Assembly: GCA_964565925.1 (NCBI GenBank)
Contig: CAZMGV010000001.1
Span: 430,618 to 494,617, forward strand
Length of the DNA stretch: 64,000 bases
Source of the DNA: an uncultured bacterium
Lineage (GTDB): Bacteria; JAGRBM01; JAHCIT01
Direction: 5' to 3'
A program made the translations under genes and the position numbers. Below, one piece after another: positions 18,200 through 28,206 of the stretch. Position 1 is the first letter of the stretch, and every line of letters begins with the position of its first letter. A model generated the notes under the pieces. It was not told the DNA's origin. It saw nothing but the letters and a program-made list of their open reading frames with translations, and did not search any database.

Positions 18200-19508
18200 A
18201 GCGAATCGCCTCCGGTGACCGGACCATATGATTTATGGGGAGCCGGGGGCAAGGGCGGGCGTACCTGACGAAAATCGCAGGTTTAATACTCACCACACCC
18301 CCGGCCGCTTTCGCGGCCTTCCCCCTCTCCGTGACTACGGAGAGGGGGCTGGGGGAGTGGTGCGGTACCCTAAACCCCTGTTGCCGGCAGCGGGTTTAGG
18401 GCTATTCAGTTTTCAAACACCTATCGCGGCATGCGTGGTTTCAGGCCACCGAGCCGCCTTTTCGGTTCCACCACTCGCTTTCCACCGGTCTGCGGGCGCC
18501 TGGTCTGTGCGCACCCCGGCTCGTGGAGCGAGAAGGGGGGTGCGACAGCCGTAGCGGCGCTAAACCGGAAGATCCATCGAATGGCGGGAACCTGCCCTCT
18601 CCGGGGAGACCCGCCCCTGCTCACGTGGTGGACCCACGCGACAGCGGCGCGACCGGGAAGGACTTCACTGGATCCAGGGCCCGCTCATCACGGTCGCCCG
18701 GACCTGAGCTCACTTCCGGCTTCTGAAACGGAACCCTTTCGGGTTCCGTCGTTTACCTCCGGGCCCCTTATCAGGACCATCGGGTTCGTCCGCCGGACGG
18801 AGACTTACCTTCACCCACTATTAATAGCGGCTATAAAAACGCGATCCAGAGCGTGGACCTAAATGGCCCTAAATGAGCCTAAATGAACCCATTTGACCCA
18901 AGTTTTTCAGCGTATTTTGCGAATCTACTGACGCTAGTTAAGACGTTAAATCTGACAACGGAACTCGCGGATCGAACTGAAGAATCTCTGAATCGGGACC
19001 ACCGGGACGGACCCGCAAAAACCGCCAAAATTATTTTCCCATTAACGCGACTTTTAATCTTCAGATTCCGGAATCCCGAGCGGCTCCAGCGGGTTAGCGT
19101 TTTCAGGGCCTTTCACAGCTTGGTCCATTTAGGGCCAAAACGGCGGTTTTATGCGGAAGGAGGGGTTAATATAAATGGCAAGTCGAACTCGCCCCTGCCC
19201 GGACGGAATCCGAAAACCGCTCGTCCTGAGGAGGCTTGCTGTGCAAGCCGTCTCGAAGGACGCGGTTCGAGCCGTTCGACCCTTCGAGACGCTTCGCTCC
19301 TCAGGGCGAACGGCTGTGCGCCCCGGAGCGGCGGGTGAGTCCTGAAACCCCTCCTCCACCTCTCCGTTTGACTTGTCCCGTCAAAAGGCCAATCCTTGCA
19401 GGTGTCCGGTTGCTTATTATCTAGGCTGCACAACCTTTAAGCAATCCGGTTAAATGCCGATGTAACCACGATATTGCCGCGATAAACAGGCAATGAGTCC
19501 GCCCGGAA

Positions 19509-20612
19509 ATGACTACAGAAACGGCAAAAATAACGCAAAACACCCCCTTCCGGATCGGAAAGGTGGAGGTGGCGGGCAATCTCGTGCTCGCCCCCATGTG
19601 CGGCGTGACCGATCTGGCGACGCGGCGGGTGTCCCGCAAGGAGGGCGCGTCGGTCTGCTTTACCGAGATGGTGAGCAGCGTGGCGCTCATGCACGACTCG
19701 AAAAAGACGTTCGACATTCTCCGCACGGCGGCCGACGATTCGCCGCTCGCGGTGCAGGTGTTCGGCGGCGATCCGGAGACTCTCGCCAAAGCGTGCCGGA
19801 TTCTGGAAGGCCTGGGCACGAAGTGGATCGACCTCAACATGGGGTGCCCGGTGCCCAAAGTCGCCAACCACGAGGCGGGCTCCGGCCTGCTGAAAGACCT
19901 GGCGCTCATCGGCCGGATTTTCGGCTCGATGCGGAAAGCGGTGAGCGGCACGTTTACGTGCAAGATCCGCGCGGGCTGGGACGCCAACTCGCTCGTCTTC
20001 ACCGAAGTGGTCCGCATCGCCAATGAAGAAGGGCTCGACGCGCTGGCGTTCCACCCGCGCACCCGCGCCCAGCAGTATACGGGCAAGGCGAACTGGGACT
20101 ATCTGAGGGACGCGCGCAGTATCTCGAAGATTCCGGTCTTCGGCAGCGGTGACCTGTTCTCCCCAACCGACGTGCTCGCCATGAAGAAGCACACGGACGT
20201 GAACGGCTGCTACCTCGCGCGCGGCGCGCAGGGCAATCCGTGGATCTTCCGCCGGGCGGCGGCGCTGCTCAGGGGCGAGCCGGACCCCGGCAGGCCCAAG
20301 GTCGGCGAGATCCGCCAGACAGTGATGGAACATCTGGACGGAAGCTGCTCGCTCTACGGCGAGGACCGGGGCGTGCGGATGTTCAGGAAGCATATCGGCT
20401 GGTACACGAAGGGGCTGCGCAACTCGGCGCAGCTCAGGGCGAAGGCGTTCAATTTCACCCGCCAGACGGACGTGCAGCAGACGCTGACCGAATATTTCGA
20501 TTCGCTCGAAGCGTCGGTTGAGAATCCGTGGTCCGGAACGGCTCGCCAGACAGACGACACTCCGCCAGTAGAAACCCCCGAGGACTGCCTTGCCTATGTC
20601 CAGGAGAGCTAA
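19509..20612 (+). CDS. dusB: tRNA-dihydrouridine synthase B (NifR3 family)
   Basis: VLAPMCGVTD...VCFTEMVSS...DLNMGCP...RAGW are Dus family motifs. Upstream of ntrBC, as in the nifR3-ntrB-ntrC arrangement. Confidence 0.85.
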   Translation: MTTETAKITQNTPFRIGKVEVAGNLVLAPMCGVTDLATRRVSRKEGASVCFTEMVSSVALMHDSKKTFDILRTAADDSPLAVQVFGGDPETLAKACRILEGLGTKWIDLNMGCPVPKVANHEAGSGLLKDLALIGRIFGSMRKAVSGTFTCKIRAGWDANSLVFTEVVRIANEEGLDALAFHPRTRAQQYTGKANWDYLRDARSISKIPVFGSGDLFSPTDVLAMKKHTDVNGCYLARGAQGNPWIFRRAAALLRGEPDPGRPKVGEIRQTVMEHLDGSCSLYGEDRGVRMFRKHIGWYTKGLRNSAQLRAKAFNFTRQTDVQQTLTEYFDSLEASVENPWSGTARQTDDTPPVETPEDCLAYVQES

Positions 20613-21795
20613 GAACGAGACCGCCGGGCGGTTCACCGGCCCCCAGTCCGGGCTCGACTGGCGCGTCGTGCTGGACAGTTTCGAGGACGGCGTGCTGGTG
20701 CTCGACGAAAAAGGCGACGTCGAATACATGAACGACGCCGCCGAGAAGCTGCTGGCCACCTCCCGCCACGCGGCCATCGGGCGCAGCTTCCGGGACGCGA
20801 CCGGCCAGCAGGCGATCAACGCGATGATCGCCACCTCCCGGGATCAGGGGATGAGTCTCGCCGACCAGAGCGCGATGCTGGAGTTCCCGCCCGACCGTCC
20901 CGGGGTCCGTAACCGGATCCCGGTCACCGTGAAGGTGACACCGCTCAACGACGACGAGGGCAGGCGCCGGGGCACCACCGTCACGGTGATCGACCGCACC
21001 CGCACCGTGGAACTGGAACGGGATCTGGTCCGCAGCGACCGCCTGGCGTCGATGGGCACCATCGCCGCGGGCCTCGCCCACGAGATCAAGAACCCGCTGG
21101 GCGGAATCGGCGGCGCCGGGCAGCTGCTGCTGCGCGAGCCGACGCTCTCCGAGACGGGCCGCGAAGCGGCGCAGATCATCCGCCGCGAGGTGGAACGGGT
21201 GAACGGCCTGATCGAGCGGCTGCTGCGCTTTGCCAAGCACCAGCCGCTCGAAACCGAAGAACTCAACATCCACCAGCTGATCGACGAGACCATCGCTCTG
21301 GTGAAGATGGCGAGACCGGGGCAGGAGTTCGTCCGCGAATACGACCCGAGCCTTCCCCCGGTCGCCGGAAACCCCGGCCAGCTCAAGCAGGTGTTTCTCA
21401 ACCTGATACAGAACGCCGTGCAGGCCTCCCCCGACGGCCGGAATGTGATCGTCGGCACACGGCTGGTGAACAAGTTCCGGATGCGGGAGCCGCAGCAGCC
21501 GGCCCGCCACTACCGTCGGCTGATCGAGGTGTCCGTCACCGACCGGGGGGCCGGTATCCCGCCCGAGAACTTCGGCCGCCTGTTTACGCCGTTCTTCACG
21601 ACCAAACCCGAAGGGACTGGTCTAGGACTTGCAACAGCCCATCAGATCGTCCGGGAGCACGACGGTTTCCTCACCGTAACCTCGCAACCCGGCGACGGGA
21701 CGACGTTTTTCGTTCATTTGCCTGAAGCAGGCGCAGCCAGCGGAGCCGGCACAAACAATGGGCAGACCGGCCCGGTAAAGCAGAAAGGCCCCTGA
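20590..21795 (+). CDS. ntrB: nitrogen regulation sensor histidine kinase NtrB (NRII)
   Basis: N-terminal PAS domain. H-box LAHEIKNPLGGIGGAGQLL matches NtrB. HATPase_c motifs (NLIQNAVQA, DRGAGIP, GTGLGLA). Confidence 0.8.
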   Translation: MPMSRRAKNETAGRFTGPQSGLDWRVVLDSFEDGVLVLDEKGDVEYMNDAAEKLLATSRHAAIGRSFRDATGQQAINAMIATSRDQGMSLADQSAMLEFPPDRPGVRNRIPVTVKVTPLNDDEGRRRGTTVTVIDRTRTVELERDLVRSDRLASMGTIAAGLAHEIKNPLGGIGGAGQLLLREPTLSETGREAAQIIRREVERVNGLIERLLRFAKHQPLETEELNIHQLIDETIALVKMARPGQEFVREYDPSLPPVAGNPGQLKQVFLNLIQNAVQASPDGRNVIVGTRLVNKFRMREPQQPARHYRRLIEVSVTDRGAGIPPENFGRLFTPFFTTKPEGTGLGLATAHQIVREHDGFLTVTSQPGDGTTFFVHLPEAGAASGAGTNNGQTGPVKQKGP

Positions 21796-21799
21796 ATCT

Positions 21800-23245
<1,446 letters not shown>

Positions 23246-23246
23246 G

Positions 23247-23846
23247 TCAGACCAGCGGGCTGACCGGCTCGCCGCGGCGAATATTCATGATCAATTCGTG
23301 AACCTTGGCGGCGTCGGGGATCGCATAGAAGCCGATAAACCCGCTTGCTGCGCCGTTCGAGAAGAACTCCAAGCCGGAATCTGCGTACGCCCCCATTCCG
23401 ATTGGTACTGACGAAAAATGGATGGTGCCGGAGCCATCGCGACCGGTTGAACAGTTCAGCGTGGGCAACGCGTTAATAAATGCCGCTTGTACATTATGGC
23501 CCCGGAAGTCGGAAATGCTCATGACTCTTTGGTCAGTTACGACGTATATGGTCTTTTCTCGACGTAGTTTCTTTACAATGAATCGCCCGAAGATGAAGTA
23601 AAGACCCATTCCGACGAACGGAATACCGAACAGCACCATAGGGAATGGGGCCTTGGAACTGAATACGGACGTTTCCCAAAAGATCGCAAACCCGCCCCAC
23701 ACCAGACTGAAGGGGACTAGAAATGCGTCGCCTGGCGAAAACAATCTGGTAGGGTCAGGGCGACCAATCCAGAGAATTTGTTCGCCCTTAACCAGTTCAC
23801 TCTGAAGGTTCTGCTTAAGCTGATGCAGGTCGGTAAATGGGTGCAT
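23247..23846 (-). CDS. membrane protein with bacterial PH-like (DUF304-type) domain
   Basis: Two hydrophobic helices followed by a small beta-rich domain. Locally lower GC (about 52%). Confidence 0.4.
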   Translation of the reverse strand: MHPFTDLHQLKQNLQSELVKGEQILWIGRPDPTRLFSPGDAFLVPFSLVWGGFAIFWETSVFSSKAPFPMVLFGIPFVGMGLYFIFGRFIVKKLRREKTIYVVTDQRVMSISDFRGHNVQAAFINALPTLNCSTGRDGSGTIHFSSVPIGMGAYADSGLEFFSNGAASGFIGFYAIPDAAKVHELIMNIRRGEPVSPLV

Positions 23847-23874
23847 TTAGAAAATTATTCTAAACGTACACCAA

Positions 23875-24357
23875 TCACTCCGCCACAATGATCTCCGGCA
23901 CGTTCTCAATGGGGAAGTTCACGGAGTTGGCGATTATGCAGTGGTGATGGGCCTTCTCGTGAAGCGCCTTCGCCCGGTCCGGGTCCGTGCCGGGTGCGAT
24001 TGTCACCTTCGGGTGCAGGACAATCCGGGTGAACCGGAAGATCCCGCCGGTGCTTTCGATCCAGCCCTCGGGCTCGTCTTCATAGGCGAGCACCTCCAGG
24101 CGGGATTTCGCGCAGACGGCGATGTAGGTCAGGAAGTGGCACGACGTGACCGCCGACATCAGGAAATCTTCCGGATTGTGGAGCTTCGGATCGCCGATAA
24201 ACGACGGCGCCGAGCTGGCTGTCACCGGCACCTTGCCGTCGATGTCGATCCGGTGTTCCCGCGAGTAGGTCTCATAGGTGAACGGCTGGCCGCTCGTGGC
24301 GCCGGTCCAGACCAGCCTGCATCTAAATCCGTGCTTCAGGACAGGTGCGTCAGCCAT
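23875..24357 (-). CDS. OsmC/Ohr-family peroxiredoxin
   Basis: About 160 aa with the two conserved Cys (SAVTSCHF and HHHCIIANS), the OsmC pattern. Confidence 0.75.
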   Translation of the reverse strand: MADAPVLKHGFRCRLVWTGATSGQPFTYETYSREHRIDIDGKVPVTASSAPSFIGDPKLHNPEDFLMSAVTSCHFLTYIAVCAKSRLEVLAYEDEPEGWIESTGGIFRFTRIVLHPKVTIAPGTDPDRAKALHEKAHHHCIIANSVNFPIENVPEIIVAE

Positions 24358-24368
24358 TGTAATCTCCT

Positions 24369-24917
24369 TCAGGCCGCTTCGCCCTCGGCGTCCGCCTCTT
24401 TGAGCCGGCGGCGCATCTCGGTCGAAGGGCCCGCTCCGCGGGCTACTGCTACCTTACCCGTCCGGACGATTTCACGCACGCCGAAAGGGCGCAACAGATT
24501 AATGACCGCGTCGATCTTCTCTTCGACGCCGGTGAACTCGAACGTGTAGGACGTGGGCGACACGTCCACGACCTTGCCGCGGAAGATATCCCCGATCCGC
24601 AGCACTTCGGCCCGGCCTTCGCCCTCCGCATGGACCTTGATGAGCGCCATCTCGCGCTCCACATGGTCCAGTTCCGTAAGGTCCACCACCTTGATCACGC
24701 TGATCAGCTTGTTGAGCTGCTTGGTGATCTGCTCGATGATCTTTTCTTCGCCCCGCGTGACGATGGTCATGCGGGAGACCTTGGGGTCCAGCGTCTCGGC
24801 GACGGTGAGGCTCTCGATGTTGTAGCCGCGGGCCGAGAACAGCCCCGCCACGCGCGAGAGGACGCCGAATTCGTTCTGCACCAGCACGGCAAGCGTGTGT
24901 TTCATCTGGGTAGTCAT
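24369..24917 (-). CDS. ilvN: acetolactate synthase small (regulatory) subunit
   Basis: ACT domain [29 protein letters not shown]. Immediately downstream of the large subunit. Confidence 0.85.
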   Translation of the reverse strand: MTTQMKHTLAVLVQNEFGVLSRVAGLFSARGYNIESLTVAETLDPKVSRMTIVTRGEEKIIEQITKQLNKLISVIKVVDLTELDHVEREMALIKVHAEGEGRAEVLRIGDIFRGKVVDVSPTSYTFEFTGVEEKIDAVINLLRPFGVREIVRTGKVAVARGAGPSTEMRRRLKEADAEGEAA

Positions 24918-24949
24918 GTCTGTCTTTCCTTCTACTGCTCAGGCCTGAT

Positions 24950-26718
24950 TCAGGACAGCGACGCCGAGTTGGGGTCGTCGGTCACCTTGGTCTTCTTGTA
25001 GACCTCGTCGGCCACGATCGGGTTGGCGATGCTCCCGCCGGCGGGGATCATCGGGAAGACGCTTTCCTTGGGGTCCACGCGGATATCCACCAGCGCGGGC
25101 TTGGAGGACGACAGCGCCTCGTCGATCACGCCGGGCAGCTTCGACTTCTCCGACACGCGGAATCCGGCCGACGACATCGAATCGGCGAGCTTCACCCAGT
25201 CGGGCTGGAGCGGGATGTGCACGGCCGTATAGCGGTCGTCGTAGAACATCTCCTGCCACTGGCGGACCATGCCCAGGTACACGTTATTGATGATGAACAC
25301 CTTGACCGGCAGCTTGTGCTCGGCGGCGACGATCAGTTCCTGGATGCACATCTGCACCGAGGCGTCGCCCACGATGGCGACCACGAGGTCCTTGGGATTT
25401 CCGAACTGCGCGCCGATGGCGGCCGGCAGGCCGAAGCCCATCGTGCCGAGGCCGCCCGAGGTGACCCACTTGAAGGGCTTGTCGAACGGGAAATACTGCG
25501 CGGCCCACATCTGGTGCTGGCCCACGTCGGTCGTGACGATCGGCGACCGGGCGCGGGTTTTCCGGTAAATCTCCTGGATCGCCCACTGCGGCTTGATCAC
25601 TTCGCCCGGGCTGCCGGGTTCCCAGCCGTTGTAGTAGAGCGGGTGCTGGCGCTCCCAGTCGGCGATCTGCGCGTGCCAGGGCGCCATCGAGCGGCGGAAC
25701 TTCGCCAGTTCCGCCTCGGGCGGGAGGCATTCCAGCATCTTGCGGGCGACTTTCCTGGCGTCACCCACGATCGGGATATCCACTTCGATGTTTTTCGAGA
25801 TCGACGAGGGGTCGATGTCCACATGAATCTTCTTCGCCCCGCGGCAGAACTCGTCCAGCTTGCCGGTCACGCGGTCGTCGAACCGCGCGCCGATGGCGAT
25901 CAGCACGTCCGAGTTGGTCATGGCGAGATTCGCCCGGTACGTGCCGTGCATGCCGAGCATGTCGAGCGACAGCGGGTCGCTCATGGGGAACGCACCCAGT
26001 CCCATCAGCGTCTGCGTCACCGGGATGCCGAGCCTGCGGGCCAGCTCCGTCACTTCGTCGTGCGCGTGCGACCAGATGCAGCCGCCGCCCAGGTACAGCA
26101 CCGGACGCTTGGCGGTCATGATCAGGTCGACCGCCTTCTTGATCTGCTTCATGTGCCCTTCGGTGGACGGCCGGTACGACGGGATGTCGATCTTCTCGGG
26201 CCACACGAACTTGCACTTCTGCGCGGTCACGTCCTTGGGGATGTCCACCAGCACGGGGCCGGGCCGCCCGCTTGTGGCGATGTAGTGGGCCTCGGCCATC
26301 ACGCGTGCCAGGTCCCGCACGTCCTTCACGAGGAAGTTGTGCTTGGTGCACGGGCGGGTGATTCCGACCACGTCGGCTTCCTGGAAAGCGTCGTTGCCGA
26401 TCAGGTGCGTGGGCACCTGCCCGGTGATGACGACCATGGGGATCGAATCCATATACGCCGTCGCGATGCCGGTGACGCCGTTCGTGGCGCCCGGGCCGGA
26501 AGTGAGCAGCGCGAATCCGCACTTGCCGGTCGACCGGGCGAAACCGTCCGCCATGTGGACGGCACCCTGCTCGTGCCGCACGAGGATGTGCTTGATCGAC
26601 CCGTCCTTCTCGGCGAAGTGGAGCGCGTCGTAGATATGAAGAACCGCACCGCCCGGATAACCGAACAGGGCCTCCACCTTCAGCTTTTTGAGGGATTCAA
26701 CGAAGATCTGTGCGCCTG
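24950..26718 (-). CDS. ilvB: acetolactate synthase large (catalytic) subunit
   Basis: ThDP and FAD motifs (GYPGGAVLHIYDAL, GPGATN, GDASVQM). GTG start at 26718 preceded by GGAGGTG. The upstream in-frame extension to 26836 is judged non-coding. Confidence 0.85.
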
Positions 26719-26987
26719 TGAGTTCCACAGCAGCACCTCCATGAGTGCACACGCGCCGGGGTCCGCCGGTCACGGGCTTCAAGGTGTAACGAACCGGGTT
26801 TAAATCCCGGCCGGCTGTTCCGTCCGCTCCCCTCATTGTTCCGGCCGCCTGTAGGTAGGCACCGGGACCTTCGGGTAGTTGTCGGCGGACGGCCGCCGAA
26901 TCGCCTGCGTGACGGACGGGGATGTGGCCCGCACTTCACGCGACAAAGGCAATTATGGGGAGGGCTGTGGATAAGTCAAATTCGGAC

Positions 26988-27347
26988 TTATTGAAGCGCG
27001 TTCTCGAGATCGAGGACGTAACGGAGGCCGTTGTCGACTTCGTTCATAATATCGGCATGCAGCGTTCCGACCAGATCCCTGAACTGGGAGTTATCCATCG
27101 CCAATATCTGCGTCACATTGGCGACCGAATCCTTCGGAAGACCGCTGTCTTTCTTGCGGACAAGCACGTTCCCGGGAATTTCCGCCAGACTGAGATTGGT
27201 GGTCAGAATGATCCCGATAGTGGTTCGCAATCCCATCCGGTTCAGCTCATCCGCCTGTACGACCAGAACCGGACGGGTGTACCCGGGCTCGGAGCCGATC
27301 GGCGGAGGCAGGTCGGCCCACCATACCTGGCCACGAACGATCACCAC
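26988..27347 (-). CDS. mazF: MazF/PemK-family mRNA interferase toxin
   Basis: IVRGQVWWADL...RPVLVVQAD is the PemK/MazF fold signature. Overlaps upstream antitoxin by 7 nt. Confidence 0.75.
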   Translation of the reverse strand: MVIVRGQVWWADLPPPIGSEPGYTRPVLVVQADELNRMGLRTTIGIILTTNLSLAEIPGNVLVRKKDSGLPKDSVANVTQILAMDNSQFRDLVGTLHADIMNEVDNGLRYVLDLENALQ

Positions 27348-27586
27348 TCATTCCTCTTGAAAGTTTCGCGGGTCGCCGCAGCGACGAATGGATCGAGGCC
27401 CTTATCCGCCTCGTCCATCTTCGCGTAAACCTCTTTGAGCTTCCTCGCCATCTCCGCATGCTTGAGGTCGCGCAGATACTTCTCGACAGCTTTCGAGACG
27501 AACGCGCTGCGGTTCAGGCCCTCCTTGCGGGCCTGTTTCTCCATCTTGCCAAAGGTTTCGCCGGGTATAGAGACAGCTACTTTCAT
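27341..27586 (-). CDS. mazE: MazE-like antitoxin (ribbon-helix-helix/CopG type)
   Basis: 81 aa. RHH-like N-terminus (MKVAVSIPGETFGKMEKQARKEGLNRSAFVSKAVEKYL). Directly upstream of and overlapping mazF. Confidence 0.65.
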   Translation of the reverse strand: MKVAVSIPGETFGKMEKQARKEGLNRSAFVSKAVEKYLRDLKHAEMARKLKEVYAKMDEADKGLDPFVAAATRETFKRNEW

Positions 27587-27660
27587 ACCGGGAGTATGAC
27601 CCGGGTATGACCATCGGTCAACCGGTAGTCATACCCGGGTACTACCGGAGTATGACCGAG
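27587..27660 (-). promoter_or_regulatory. putative mazEF operator/promoter with GTATGAC repeats and a palindrome
   Basis: Immediately 5' of mazE. Three direct GTATGAC copies plus one inverted copy. Includes the palindrome GGGTATGACC-N15-GGTCATACCC. Confidence 0.45.
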
Positions 27661-27888
27661 GCGGGCTAACTGACGACCCGCAGAAACCGCGCCCGGAAAG
27701 GCTCCCCGTCGCGGGTCATGGCGAGCAGAAAGCCGATAACCGACTCGCACGCCAGCCGGTCGGCGGCGAGTCGGGCCCACTTGAGCTTCTGGGCCTTCTT
27801 CTGTTCGTCCATCGGGAACATGGGGGCAGTTTACCCCGGACCGATCGGGACCCAAAGCGGATTAACGTGACAGATCGGGGATAGCGGG

Positions 27889-28206
27889 TCAGACGAGTTT
27901 AACGGGCTGACCGAGCTTTTTAGACAGCAGGGCTTCCAGGTCGCTCACGAGGTCGCTCCCGCGCTTGTCGCAGAGCCAGCGGCCGTTCTTCTCGCTGTAG
28001 TGCCAGCCGCCGTTGGGTTCGGCGAGCCAGATCTGCGAGACCGCCCGCTGGCGGGAGAGAATGAACTTGGTGCCGTCTTCCATTTCGAGGGCGAGTTTGC
28101 CGTCGCCGGCGTTGAGGTCGATATCCTCGCGGCCAAGACGGTCGACCCGGTCTTCCATCTTGTGGAAGAAGTCGTCGCAGGCGATCAGGAATTCGGACTC
28201 GTTCAT
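27889..28206 (-). CDS. cyaY: iron-sulfur cluster assembly protein CyaY (bacterial frataxin)
   Basis: MNESEFLIACDDFFHKMEDRVD...GGWHYSEKNGRWLCDKRGSDLVSDLEALL aligns along its length with E. coli CyaY. The longer antisense-frame ORF 27889-28908 is rejected. Confidence 0.8.
   Translation of the reverse strand: MNESEFLIACDDFFHKMEDRVDRLGREDIDLNAGDGKLALEMEDGTKFILSRQRAVSQIWLAEPNGGWHYSEKNGRWLCDKRGSDLVSDLEALLSKKLGQPVKLV

Noticed and set aside
18420-18830. Possible RNase P RNA, tmRNA, SRP RNA or cobalamin riboswitch in the GC-rich ORF-free segment
   Set aside because: By-eye comparison to conserved cores found only partial resemblances. The cores were RNase P P4 GGAAAGUCCGGGCUCC and ACAGAACCCGGCUUA, the tmRNA tag/T-arm-CCA, the SRP domain IV, and the B12 box GCCACUG. 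CAGAAGCCGG and AGGUCCGGGC are adjacent rather than 300 nt apart. I cannot assign a family. It is kept only as an unclassified structured region.
18883-19338. 151-aa ORF (and other 60-150-aa ORFs) inside the 18.2-19.5 kb region
   Set aside because: Translations are low-complexity and not protein-like. They span segments of very different composition and overlap perfect nested hairpins. More likely non-coding.
19400-19508. Sigma-54 promoter (TGGCAC-N5-TTGCA) upstream of dusB-ntrBC
   Set aside because: The candidate GG/GC elements at 19421-19439 are spaced 17 nt rather than 12 nt. No match to the -24/-12 geometry.
26957-26965. Perfect DnaA-box consensus TTATCCACA (minus strand) upstream of ilvB
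   Set aside because: Single isolated 9-mer. The chance occurrence of a given 9-mer in 128 kb of two-strand sequence is about 0.5. No clustered boxes or DUE.
26719-26987. ilv leader peptide/attenuator upstream of ilvB
   Set aside because: The 5' extension of the ilvB ORF encodes no Ile/Val/Leu-rich run, and no terminator/antiterminator pair is evident. I treat it as an ordinary 5' UTR with a GGAGGTG RBS.
27583-27855. 90-aa minus-strand ORF upstream of mazE
   Set aside because: It overlaps the repeat-rich operator and has an Arg/Pro/Gly-rich low-complexity translation. It is likely non-coding promoter DNA.
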